Shown one piece after another: positions 37,201 through 48,400 of a stretch of DNA of 64,000 nt (within the stretch, counting starts at the first letter, position 1; every line of letters starts with the position of its first letter). The stretch covers positions 11,470,001 to 11,534,000 of the forward strand of contig JBITNC010000002.1 of the NCBI GenBank assembly GCA_050084985.1. Direction: 5' to 3'. Under the pieces are notes generated by a model. That model was not told the origin of the DNA. It searched no databases and saw only the letters and a program-made list of their open reading frames with translations. The stretch comes from Nageia nagi. Its lineage: Eukaryota > Plantae > Pinophyta. The translations under genes and the position numbers were made by a program.

Positions 37201-40200
37201 TCTTTTAGGAGACACATTTGATAAGAAAAAGTTCTCAAGTTTGCAGTTCTGATGAATATTCTGATGCAAAGATCATAAATAAAGTTGAAGGTTATGTTGC
37301 TTAGCTTTGTCTTTGGTTCTTCGTCAATGGGGCTCAAACGTACAACTAATTCCAGTAGCATTGGGGAGACAAAATAGAAAGATCTTCAAAGTCTAGAAGA
37401 GAGTGTGATGAAAAGAATATATGCTAATAACTAATGCATTGGGAAGGAATTCTACCAGGACTGGCAAAATTAATACTACCAAACAGTAAACATGATAGAA
37501 AAGATAAATCACATACTCAAGTTTGAAAAATAAACATGTGAAAAGAATATAGGCTGATTGGATACAAGGGCATAAGGCCATCAAGAGGCTGATTATCCAA
37601 TACAAACAAAATACAATTCCAAAATATGCTAAGCCAACATCTCGTATCCAAGTACAACTATAAAATATTCCACCAGCCTCTCAGGCCTATGGGGGGCTGA
37701 TTATCGCCCAAACACTTTTGGGTCAGTTGTGCTTCTTTGATATTCAACTTTGCAAAATGGAGGTCCTTTTCTCGTATGCTAAAATTGACAAGAAAACTAA
37801 GGCTACAAACATGAACTAAATTACTCCTAACTTGGGATCATGGAACAAGATGGAAAGTGTAATCGCCATGGTTTCTAGGGGGAGAGTAGAAAAGAAAGTT
37901 GACTGTTGAGCAAGAAGCCAAATAACTTAAATGAACTTCTGCTGCCAAATAGATAGTGGAGCTTACTAGTAAAGAGCAATATGACAAATATACAATTAGG
38001 AAAAGGAATAGAATCCAACAACTTAAGACAAATCTCTGCATGGACATTTTTATTAAAAACAATCATACACAAAACATTCGCATATCAAATCCCAATCTAG
38101 ACAACTCAGGTAACTTCCATAAAAAGAACTTTGATATGTGAAGTTACCTGAGTTGTCTAGATTGGGATTTGACATATGAATGTTTTATGTATGCTTCTTT
38201 CTTTATAAAAAAGCTCATGCAGAGATTTGTCCTGGGTTTGTCGGATTCCATTCCTATTCTTAATTGTATATTTGTTATATTGCTCTTTACTACTAAGCTC
38301 CACTATCTATTTGGCAGCAGAAGTTGATTTTAGTTTTTTGGCATCTTGCTTAACAGTCAACTTTCTTTTCTGCTATGCCCCTAGAAACCATAGCGATTAC
38401 ACTTTCCATCTTGTTCCATGATCCCAACAATCTTACTATTAGCTGAATTTAACAGTAGAAGGATCAACGTTTTGGCTTTGATACCAATGTCTACGTTTCG
38501 AGGGATTACACCAATGAAAAATATCAAAACAAAAACTAAATCATACACATGCATATTCATAATGCAATAAAGGAATACATGAAGAGATATGCATATCTGT
38601 AGTAACTTAGCTCTTTTGCCAGAAGAACATGATCTCTTCACATAGTTAGCATATATATCCTGAGAGGGGAAACAGCAGGATAATCAAGCAAGAAATATGT
38701 TTCATAAATGATAGTGATTTGGAATAAGATCTACAGAACCACCTAATTAGCACGAGACAATGACGTGATGATGGCTATGGGAAATAGAGTTGTCTTTATA
38801 TATTCTCTAGAATTCCAAACCACACAAAATTTTCCGAAGGTATGCCTGGGTTGGCCTAAGTTTGCCACAAGTTGGGACTGAAGCCCTTGGTATAAATAGA
38901 CAACTTGAAAAGCACTTTGGGAAATATCCTAATAAATAGCCCTCAAAGCAACTTTAGACCAATACCATAATAAACAAACAATAACTAAAATATATCTTAA
39001 GACCCTACCAAATACATGGGCCTTGGGATTTTGCCCCTTCAACAAAATACCCATTTAAGAAGTGATAAACAAATCATTCTATACACAAATTCATACACAA
39101 GGTGCCATTTTCCCACTTACATCTGCGTACATACAGATCTTCCCATTATATGCACATAAACAGCATTGATTGTTTGTCCTACTCACACTTGTTCATAATC
39201 ATGGTCTCTTGTGTATAGCTCCATTCAAGTTGCCTTCATTGCAACTACATATTTCCAAGTCAACACATGGTATTTATGATTTTCATCTCCCTTTGGTCAT
39301 CCTAAAGTTATTATAGCAAATTATGGATTCACATCTTGCTTTGACACCACCAAACTTTTGATCTGTTGTCGTCAAATCCATTGTCATCATCATCAAATCT
39401 GTCATTATCAGATTCATCATTGTTATCATTGAATACATCATCACATTGTCACATCCATCATGGGGATCATCAAATTCGTTGTTTGTTGTCATCTTCAAAT
39501 CCATTGTTACCACTGTCAAATTTTAAGTTGGTCATTGTCATCATCAAATCTGTCACCATTGTGGAGTCGCCATCAAATTTCTTGACCCTGTGGCTCTACC
39601 ATCAGATTTGTTTCTATTGTAGTGTCAATATCAAATTTGTGACCACAAATGCTCTCTTTATTTTCCATTGAGTCAAAGCAACTTTCTCTACAATCAGAAT
39701 CATTTTCAAAATGTAGCATGTCCTACAATATTACATCATCTCTAAAAAAGAGTATTTTATTGGTCACCTTTGTGGCCCTTAGGTAAGGTCTGAGAGAGAG
39801 GGAGCAAGCCGACTTCTGTTCTCATCATCAATACTATATAAAGAAATAATTTGGCAGCTCATGCAAGATCCTCTTTTAAGTATATTCCTATGGAGCACCA
39901 AACACTAGACATCTTGACCAAAGAATATCAAAATGCAGGTTTATCCAGCTAATGTACATGCTTTGTGATGTTGAACGTTATTGTAGGAAGGGTGTTATGT
40001 ACCAATACCTTTTCATCATTGACTACATATCATACATACTGTATTGTATTTGCATTAACAAACAATCAATGCAAAAAAGGACTAATTTTCTTGATCTAAA
40101 AAAGAATGGCGTTGGCTATCTAGCCTCCAGAATTCCCCCTCGTACCTCTGACAAATCTGACATGGTGCGCTTTTCGAGTATGCTGGAAAATTTTCTGACT

Positions 40201-41608
40201 GAAGGTTGATCGAACCATGTTTATCAATTTTAGGGTTAATCGCACTTTGTTTATCCCTTTCAGGTTAATCAAACAGCGATTATAAAAAATGTTGAAAAAA
40301 AAAAGTGTTGGACCTGTCAAAATGGCTTTACAGGGATTCGAACCTACATCTATGGTAGAAAATTCTACTGTTTTGACCAGCATACCACCAGTTTCAACAC
40401 AAAATACTCCTGACATGGTTTCTATTTAAAATGGAAAAAGGGCTAATCCCAGGAAGGAGGTTAATCGAAATGGGATTAACCCCTGCGTTGGAAAAAATTT
40501 GCGGACCCTACCAAAGCTTGTTTCCGACGTCTGACAATGTCAGACTTATCAGGATACGAGGGGGAATTCTGGAGGCTAGATAGCCAGCGCCAAAAAGAAT
40601 TCTTTCACTTGCCAAGCTCATCATTTTGGTAGCAGTTTTTATGACCCAACTGAGACATCTAGTGGAAACATCAGATTCTAGCAATTTTCAATAGCTTTTG
40701 AAGAAAAATTTGAGAGCTTCATGGGTTCATTCACTAAATTCCAACCAATATCAAGAGACATAAAATTTTGAAGTTGGACAGTTTTTTGTTGCAAACTTAT
40801 TGAAAATTTCAAAATTTCAAGTCATATCATTCAATGGAAACATCAAATTTTGACCAAGGCACACGAGTGACAAGGTTGCAAATATGTTAAGAGTCGTAGT
40901 AAAATAGCATTTTGTTTGTATTATGTCTCATAGGTTTGTTTAGAAGTATATTTTGCTGGCAAAAATGTCCTCTCTACATTGAAACATTTTACATTGGTGA
41001 TCTTTTGTTATGTCATGCAGCTATCATTCTCTTTTAGCATTCTAACAGCTTTGACTTGGATATTCTTGGCAGATGCTAGGAAAAGCTCGTTTACAGTTTA
41101 TCAAGGACTACAACAACAGACTTTTCAACTGGCTTGTGGGATTCTCCCTTGTAATGGTTGTGCTGGGCCGTTTTGTCTTAAAATTCTTCCTTGTTGAAGT
41201 GGCTGCTTGGGCTATGTTTATTTTCTTAGAGACATATACCCGAATATTTTGGTCTCCAGAGTCACTTTACTACAATCCAGTCTGGCATTTTATAGTTACT
41301 GTCTGGGAAAATGTAGTATACAGTCCTGTACTAGACTTGGACAGGTAGATATTTTGTCTCTGGTTTCTACTTTGTATACATTTATAAGTCTCCTGGAATT
41401 TGCATGTATTGTACATTTTATAAGATTCTTTTACTTTTAACATGTTTTAATTGACAGGTGGGCTATTCCTTTGGCTTGGTTGTCCTTAATATTACTGCTT
41501 TTGTGGCGTTTTTATGGGAAGAAGAAATTTGCTGGAGGTCCAGTGCTTCCCATGTATGCATCCCAAAGGGCTAGTAACAGTCGTACTCGTCGCCCTCGGA
41601 GTGAATGA
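22138..41608 (+). CDS. GBPL2: Guanylate-binding protein-like GTPase with C-terminal transmembrane region (GBPL2/At2g38840 type), multi-exon; first coding exon not located
   Basis: 16 GT-AG exons join in frame: 22138-22240, 31421-31490, 31648-31686, 32663-32780, 32902-32959, 33220-33284, 33437-33443, 33569-33629, 33832-33891, 34016-34035, 34130-34195, 35521-35688, 35840-36097, 36323-36535, 41073-41344, 41458-41608. G1 GPYRSGKS, G3 DTEG, G4 RDF, hydrophobic C-terminus, TGA at 41606-41608. Confidence 0.93.
24364..25605. mobile_element. Solo LTR (gypsy-type termini TGTAATGTG...GGGATATCATA) inserted in the LINE RT
   Basis: Flanks ATATG/GTATG (4/5 TSD). Removing it restores the RT frame ...GLSDSICNTIGVKQGCP. 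Confidence 0.85.
28067..28520. mobile_element. hAT-like MITE inserted in LINE ORF1
   Basis: TIR CATAGAATAAAAAA / TTTTTTATTCTATG; perfect 8-bp TSD CTTCTACC (28059-28066, 28521-28528); many internal GCCGT/CCGT motifs. Confidence 0.92.
29962..30039 (-). mobile_element. Degenerate tRNA-like / SINE-head segment
   Basis: A box TAGCTCAGTTG and degenerate B box GAGTTCCAAGTCC at tRNA spacing. Confidence 0.45.
31421..31490 (+). CDS. GBPL2: GBPL exon with P-loop (VIGPYRSGKSFLLNQLL)
   Basis: Walker A motif and canonical splice sites. Confidence 0.93.
31648..31686 (+). CDS. GBPL2: GBPL exon (GFGVGHMRDTKTK)
   Basis: Switch I region; phases match neighbouring exons. Confidence 0.92.
32663..32780 (+). CDS. 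GBPL2: GBPL exon (GIWVWG...LDTEGFES...YDDR)
   Basis: DTEG G3 motif; /gtgagt donor. Confidence 0.93.
32902..32959 (+). CDS. GBPL2: GBPL exon (IFALATVLSSILIYNLPET)
   Basis: Conserved GBP segment, in phase. Confidence 0.92.
33220..33284 (+). CDS. GBPL2: GBPL exon (VREADISRLSFAVELAQEFYG)
   Basis: In phase, canonical sites. Confidence 0.92.
33437..33443 (+). CDS. GBPL2: GBPL 7-nt microexon (AGTGAAG; completes R-V-K)
   Basis: ctacag/AGTGAAG/gtaagt; required to keep the frame between the flanking exons. Confidence 0.85.
33569..33629 (+). CDS. GBPL2: GBPL exon (GRDIAFQPAKLLWLIQRDFL)
   Basis: RDF G4 motif; /gtaagt donor. Confidence 0.92.
33832..33891 (+). CDS. GBPL2: GBPL exon (EGKTVQQMVNEALQQVPNHT)
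   Basis: In phase. Confidence 0.9.
34016..34035 (+). CDS. GBPL2: GBPL 20-nt exon (GNKNIEQ)
   Basis: tgcag/ acceptor and /gtattt donor; in phase. Confidence 0.87.
34130..34195 (+). CDS. GBPL2: GBPL exon (INQIRESLASMGESNTAFSLPQ)
   Basis: In phase; /gtaagt donor. Confidence 0.92.
35521..35688 (+). CDS. GBPL2: GBPL exon (PHLLRTKLC...FALFLSQ)
   Basis: In phase. Confidence 0.92.
35840..36097 (+). CDS. GBPL2: GBPL exon (ILEALNKGDIPST...ELQK)
   Basis: In phase; helical domain. Confidence 0.92.
36323..36535 (+). CDS. GBPL2: GBPL exon (AYENLLLTNEY...RIEK)
   Basis: In phase. Confidence 0.92.
37832..38427. repeat. Long inverted repeat (~290-bp arms, almost no spacer) in a GBPL intron
   Basis: TTGGGATCATGGAACAAGATGG...CAGGTAACTTC mirrored by GAAGTTACCTG...CCATCTTGTTCCATGATCCCAA. 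Confidence 0.95.
39350..39650. repeat. Degenerate low-complexity repeats (TCATCATCAAATCYGT-like)
   Basis: Repeated CATCAAATC/TGTCATC motifs. Confidence 0.6.
40108..40591. mobile_element. Mutator-like (MULE) MITE
   Basis: TIR GGCGTTGGCTATCTAGCCTCCAGAATTCCCCCTCGTA / TACGAGGGGGAATTCTGGAGGCTAGATAGCCAGCGCC; perfect 9-bp TSD AAAAAGAAT (40099-40107, 40592-40600). Confidence 0.93.
41073..41344 (+). CDS. GBPL2: GBPL exon with transmembrane segments (MLGKAR...VLDLDR)
   Basis: Hydrophobic LFNWLVGFSLVMVVLG; in phase. Confidence 0.93.
41458..41608 (+). CDS. GBPL2: GBPL last coding exon (WAIPLAWLSLILLLLWRFYG...RPRSE*)
   Basis: Transmembrane segment, basic tail, TGA stop. Confidence 0.92.
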
Positions 41609-42711
41609 TCTCTGCATTTTCATATACTAAATTCATATTTTGTGGTCAAGAATTGTGCTTGGACTTGATGAGCAACAAGAGAGCATCTGCGATAGCTACA
41701 ATTGACAGCCAAGTGTCTTTGGGCACTTCCTTAGGCATGATGTATTATACCAAGCATTTCACAGTGTTTAGATTTCATGCCCTCCAGTTTGTTCACCCTA
41801 TTCATTTCAGGCCAAATGTCCGCTGGGATTTTATCACCCGGAAAAGGGGATTGTATCATGCCACTATTGACAATTCTTTGATAATACTTGTCCAAAAGCA
41901 CAAGGTCATATAATGCAATTTTTTTCCAGATTGAGTAGAAGATGAGCATTGAGTGTGGATACCCAAAACTAAATTTGGCAAATCAACATTTTGAAAAACC
42001 TATTTGAGGTAACCTTGTTCCTCATGGAAAATGAACAAAATTACCAAATATTAGAATGCTGATTATATATTTGAACCATTGGAATTACAAGTCAATTTTA
42101 AAGCGAGGCCTCAAAGTTCATTTGGAAATGGAACGGTCTGGTCCTACAGTGTGGGTGGATGTAAGGAAAAGCTGTTACTGCATTTCAATTTCAGGTATAA
42201 TTGACCTACGTTCTGATGATGATGTAGTGGAGGAGCTAGGTTGGGAGTTATGCTGGATCTGGGATTTCATTATAATGATTCTTACACACTTTGTTGTGAA
42301 CAGCATAGTAGCCTATTAACAGGGAATTTCCAGATGATATTGCTTCTAAGTAAATAAACCACAATACTGACTTGATCTAAAAAAAATTTATTTGTCAAAG
42401 ATCAATTGAAATTGAAATTATCATATTGCATAATGATAACTTTCGCTTCTATTCCCATGCAAAATGATTCCTAAAGAAATTTAGATAATTCCAAGATCCT
42501 GGTCATTAAAAGCAATACTAAGCGTAGTTGACAAACGTGAAAGCCAGTACAATCCCTAGAGCACTGGTTGCATTTTCAAGTCAAAAGGCTTCATCAGAAT
42601 AAATTCAAAAACTATATTTCATTTGGCCAAGTAATTCATGTTTTTACCGAAAGCAGCAAATGGGATTATCAATCATAACACGAAACATAAGACTTGCTCT
42701 TGGGAAAAAAC

Positions 42712-45145
42712 TGTTTGGGATTTAGCATTCTGATTTAATGTGCAAGCAAATTAGAACAACAGAAATAAATCATCATGCAAACAAAAGAAAACAACATTTT
42801 AACGAGGTTCACTCAAGAATGTGTTGAGCTACATCCCTGGAGAAGCCCCAGCTTCTGTAATCATTTTATTATCAACAACTACACATACATGAAGAAAGAA
42901 CCATGCAGCAGTTCCTACTGCAACACCCTCTCTTCATCTTAATAGAGCTTCTTCCACATGGGTTTCTCCTCACTCACATTACCATGTAATCTTTCATCTC
43001 AACTTCAGGAATACAAGATTTATTGTGCAACTGTCCACAATCAACAATTTGCCACATTGTTTCATTATAAACATCTTCTAGCACCTCCTTGCACTCACAC
43101 TACAGAGTCACAATCTTTCACCTACAAGCTCACAACAGAGATTACATCATTGTATGCCAAAACAAGCATTCTCACAATTGTTGGCAATACCTAGTGCATT
43201 ACAACTCTCTTCGTATGCCATTGGCATTGCCACACTCAGGCATTACCACCTCTCACAGGTTTATGCCAACGACACTACCACCCCTTGATCTATTTCGAAT
43301 ACACAACTACTTTATTTATACATCATACAGGTAACAACAATATTTGTATCTATGTTACACTAATAGCAATTGTCATAACAACTACAACAATCTTATTGTC
43401 ATTTAACTTAACAGTGACTGTGCTCATCTTGTTATGGTGAAATCTCATAAATAATGGAGATCTTTTTTCCACCAGACTCCAACCATGCTTGATGCACCTC
43501 CATTTAATCAAAATGATGTTACCACAATATATAATATTGTTATGCCACTCGACCTCCACGTGAATGAGGTTTATTGTTTAATACAAGCACACTTTATAAT
43601 CGGATTCCACCCCAACAATCTCCCACTTGGAGATTGATTCACAGTAATCTGCTACGCTTCAATTGTTGCATCCCTTGAATAATATCTTCAAATTTAAACA
43701 AGGATATTCAGCTCCTCTATAGCAATTCCACAACTATTACATTTGAAGAGAACCATTCAACCCAATGAAATTCACCTCCTTTACAACAATTCTACCATTG
43801 TTGCAAGTTGAAGATAAGCCTTCAACCAACCAAGGATTTTGACCTCCTCCAAATTGTCTTAGCATGTTCTGCACCATCAAATTTTTGGATTGATGTTAGC
43901 CTTGCATCTTCTCCTCTGATCAACGAACAACCTGTTAATCTCCAACAAACAACATTGCTTTCACTGCTTCATTAATCTCCTGCTCTTCCGTAGTGAGGAA
44001 CAATACATTGAAAACAATCACTTTCCAATTTGTAAGCTTTCGCATATGGAACCTAGGAAGGGATAAGGGCAAGAGAGGTGGCTAGTCTCATCTTGCAACA
44101 TATCCAAATTCCTAAGTTTTGAATACAAGCTCAAACTGGTTGCAAGCACCCGCAACCCATCTTTGTTGTAGCTCTTAGCTCCCACTCAATCCAGAATCCA
44201 CCCAACATTAAGCTTTGATATCAATTGTTGGGATTTCGCATTCTGATTTAATGTGTGAGCAAATTAGAACAGTAGAAATAAATCATCATGCAAACAAAAG
44301 AAAACACCATTTTAACAAGGTTCACTCAACAATGTGTTGAGCTACATCCCTGGAGAAGCACAATACCTATAATCATTTTATTATCAACAATTACACACAC
44401 AAGAAGGAAGAACCATGCAACAGTTCCTATTGCAACAACCTCTCTCCATCTTAATAGAGCTTCTCCCACATGGATTTCTCCTCACCCACGTCACCATGTA
44501 ATCTTCCATCTCAGCTTTAGGAATACAAGATTTATTGTGCAATTGTCCACAATCAGTAGTCTGCCACATTGTCTCATTATGAACATCTTCTAGCACCTCC
44601 TTCCTCTCACACTACAGAGTTACAATCTTTCACCTACAAGCTCACAATAGAGATTACATCACTGTATGCCAAAATAAGCATTCTCATAACTCTTGGCAAT
44701 ACCTATTGCATTAAAACTCTCTTTGGATGCCAACTGACATTGCCACACTCAGGCATTACCACCTCTCACAGGTTTATGCCAATGACACTACCACCCCCTG
44801 ATCTATTTTGAATACACAACTTTATTTATACATAACACATGTAACAACAATATTTGTTTCTATGTTACAACAATAGTAATTGTCATAAAAACTACAACAA
44901 TCTTATTATCATTTAACTTAATAATGACTGTGCTCATCTTGTTATGGTGAAATCTCATAAACCATGGAGATCTTCTTTCCACTAGACTCCAACCACACTT
45001 GATGCACCTCCATTTAATCAAACGCTACCACACTCGCCTAATGATGTTACCACAATATATAATATTGTTATGCCACTCGAGCTCCACGTGAATGAGGTTT
45101 ATTATTTAATCCAAGCACACTTTATAATCAAGATCCACCCCAACA
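42712..45145 (-). mobile_element. Non-autonomous LTR retroelement (two ~0.9-kb LTRs, ~0.6-kb non-coding interior)
   Basis: LTRs 42712-43617 and 44226-45145 (TG...CA). Degenerate Met PBS TGATATCAAAGC beside 44226; PPT AAGTGGGAGAT beside 43617. Flanks AAAAC/AAAAA. Confidence 0.92.
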
Positions 45146-45402
45146 AAAAAGTGACACTTGTTAAACAAAAGCCTATTTACCTATTAAGATAGTCATTTAG
45201 TTTGTACTAATGTCATTTTGGATAAACTAAAAGCTTATATTAATATGTTAATATTTTTTAAACAAAATCTTAGCTATAAAATAATCATCTGGTTCAAACA
45301 TAAATATTGCTACTATGAGTCAACATAGCAACCCTAGAGATTAGCCATATGTTTAAACATGGAAAACTACTCTGAATCAATAACAACCCTCTATATATCC
45401 AT

Positions 45403-48400
45403 TGATCTAAAATTTGAATCCTCTCAATTTTCAGAAAAGTCTTATTTAGTGTGTTTAGCGTGTTCAGCTCAGCAACGTTTCTTTTGGATCGAAAGTTCAA
45501 TCCTATTTGTGTAAGTTATGGTATTTTAAAGTTTGTGTGTTTTCAGAAAAAATACAAAAATGTAAAAAAATAATACATAATGTTTTAGAGCTCCTTGTCC
45601 TCTTTTCAACACTTTACGGTTCGTGAAACCGACTTCATGATCAAAAGTTATTGCATTTTGAAGTTTGCAATTTTGTTAGTGAAAGGGGGGGTTTTGGAGG
45701 CCAGATCCCGTGTTTAGACTATTTACAAGTCACCAAGTGGCATTTTTTCATTGGTCTACCTAGTGAGTGATACTTTCATGTATTTTAGTGTTTCAAAGGT
45801 ATTAGCTTATTTTTAATTAGTTTTTGGGCCTAAAATTGAGCAGTCAAGGTGTTTGTTAAATATTTTTATTGGATCCTAGTTGTAAAACACTATAAAATTG
45901 AGCTCGAATTTTGTTATAAAAAGGAGGCCATTTAGATGTGAAGGAGAGGGATTCTTGGAGAATATAGTTCAATTTTATGGTGATTTTCAAAGCTGAAAGA
46001 TTGTATGTGAATGTGAGAAGAGGTGCTAGAGGATTGTGGAGGTCTTATGTACTTGAATTCCACCCACTATTGAAAAGAGCTTTTGTTGCTAGATGTAGCT
46101 CACATTGGGTGAACCAGGGTAAAATTTGCTTATCTCCATGTATTTGGAGTTCTATTTTCTTTTCTAGTTTTGCATATATGCTCTCTAATTTTTTCTTACA
46201 AGCACTTAATTAAATTTGAGTGTGGAATGATCTTGGTAGAGAATTAATGTTAAATTTTAATTCTATGGTTTATGGATCATGATTGGTATTAGAGTAGTTG
46301 ATTGAATTGGGATTAACTTGTGTTTTGTGAGTTTTGTTATTGGATGTTTGGAATTATTTTTGCATGAATACTAGATTTCAAAGAGAGGAGAAGGGGAAAT
46401 TGTAGAAGGAGATATTGAGATTGGTTCTAGGATTTGGCTGAAGAAGCAAAGAGAGATCACCATGGCCAATGAAGGAGGAACTAATTTGGAAAAACAACTT
46501 GCTGATTTCACCTCAATGTTCCAGAAAATGTCTTTTCAATTTCAACATTTCCAAGAGCAACAAAATAAGAATACTGAAAGTGAAACTAGTGAAGGTAAAA
46601 AAATGAGCAATGAGAATATAAATAGTTTCTTTCAAAATTCTCCTTTGAAGCTTGAAATTAAATTTGATTTTCCTACTTTTGATGGAGAAGTGAATGCTGA
46701 AAAATTAGATTATTGGATTAAGCAAATTGAAGTGTATTGTAAAATACAAAGAATTGTAAGAGATGAGGATAGGATTCAATTAGAAACTCTTAAGATGAGT
46801 GAAAATGCACTTATTTCATGGGAAAGTTGTATGCAATGTGAAAATGACTCACTTAAAGAATGTTATGCTTCTTGGACTCATTTTGTACAATTGCTTAGAG
46901 ATCAATTTTATCCATTGGGCTATCGTTAAAAAGCGATCATGAAATGGCAAAGCTTCCATCAAAGAAAGGGGCAAAGTGTGCAGGAATACACTACAAAGTT
47001 TCGAAAAAGGGATAATATGCTAGGTATTTCTCTTGATTCCCAAAACACTCTTCTAAAATATATTGGTAGTTTGCACAATTATTTAAAGCATACTTTGTTT
47101 ATGTTTGATCCAACTGATTTGGATAAATTTTGTGTACAAGCCACACACTTAGAAGAATAGGGAAAAAGGGAAGGAGAAAAAGAAAACTACATTTATTGCA
47201 GAAAAAAGGGAAATCTAAATATGTTTATACTCATTGTAAAAAAGAATGTCATTTAGAGGCTAAGTGTTGGAAATCGCATCCTAAATTACATCCTAAACCT
47301 AAAGGTCAAAAGAAATAAGCATACACTATTGTTAAAGAAATTGAATATGGTTCTGATATAGATGAGAACATGGCATGTATGGTCTTGCATAATTCATTTA
47401 ATGAAGATGAAGAAAAGAAGAAAATTGAACTTTTTCACATTAAGGTACAAGCTAAGAAAATAAGGATTGATACATTGTTTGATCCTGGTTCACAAGCTAA
47501 CCTATTTTTTGAGGAATATGTAAGATCACTTGCACTCACTACTCAACCACATCCACACCCTTATCCATTGGGACGAGTTCACAAAAAATCTAAGTTGGAG
47601 GTAACTAGACAATGCAAATTGAAATTTGGAATTAACAAGGATTACATTGATGAAGTTTTACTTGATGTTGTACCTTTGGATATTTATGGGATTGTGCTTG
47701 GAAGTCCTTATTTATGGGATAGAGATGCTTTATTCTATAGAAAGGAAAATAAATATAGACTCATAAAAGATGGAATTGAATACATAGTTAATCCTCATCA
47801 AAACAAGAAAAATAATATTTCTTTGATTAATGCAAGACAAGCAAAGAGACTTATTAATACAGGGAAAATGTTTGCACTTGCAATGGTGAGATCTCAACAT
47901 GAAGTGGAAATAATTAAAGCACTTGAAGAATGTGAACCTCAATACAAAGACTATGTTAAAGAGGTAATTTTTGAGTTTGAAGATTTATTTCAAATTCCTA
48001 AAGAACTTCTACCTAAAAGAGATATACAACATAAGATTCAATTACATTTTGATGTTGCACTTCCTTATATTGGTTTGTATAGATATTCTTTTATGGAAAA
48101 TGAAGAAATTAAAAAACAAGGAATTGCTAGATCAAGGAATCATTAGACCAAGCACATGACCATGTGGTTATCTTATTGTTATAATTCCAAAGAAAGATGG
48201 TATTTGGCGTATATGTGTGGATTACAAGGCATTGAACAGAATCACGGTTAAAAATTGATATCCATTGCCACGTATTAATGAATTAATAGACCAATGGCAA
48301 AAAGCTAGGTTCTTTACAAAACTTGATTTAAAGCATGGTTATCATCAAGTACGGGTTAAAGAAGAGGATGTTTGGAAAACTACTTTTAAAATTAGGCAAG

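Noticed and set aside
37838-38421. Two similar hydrophobic ORFs on opposite strands
   Set aside because: Mirror translations of the two arms of the inverted repeat.
39283-39671. Met/Asp/Ser-rich ORFs
   Set aside because: Translations of degenerate CATCAT-type repeats within an intron.
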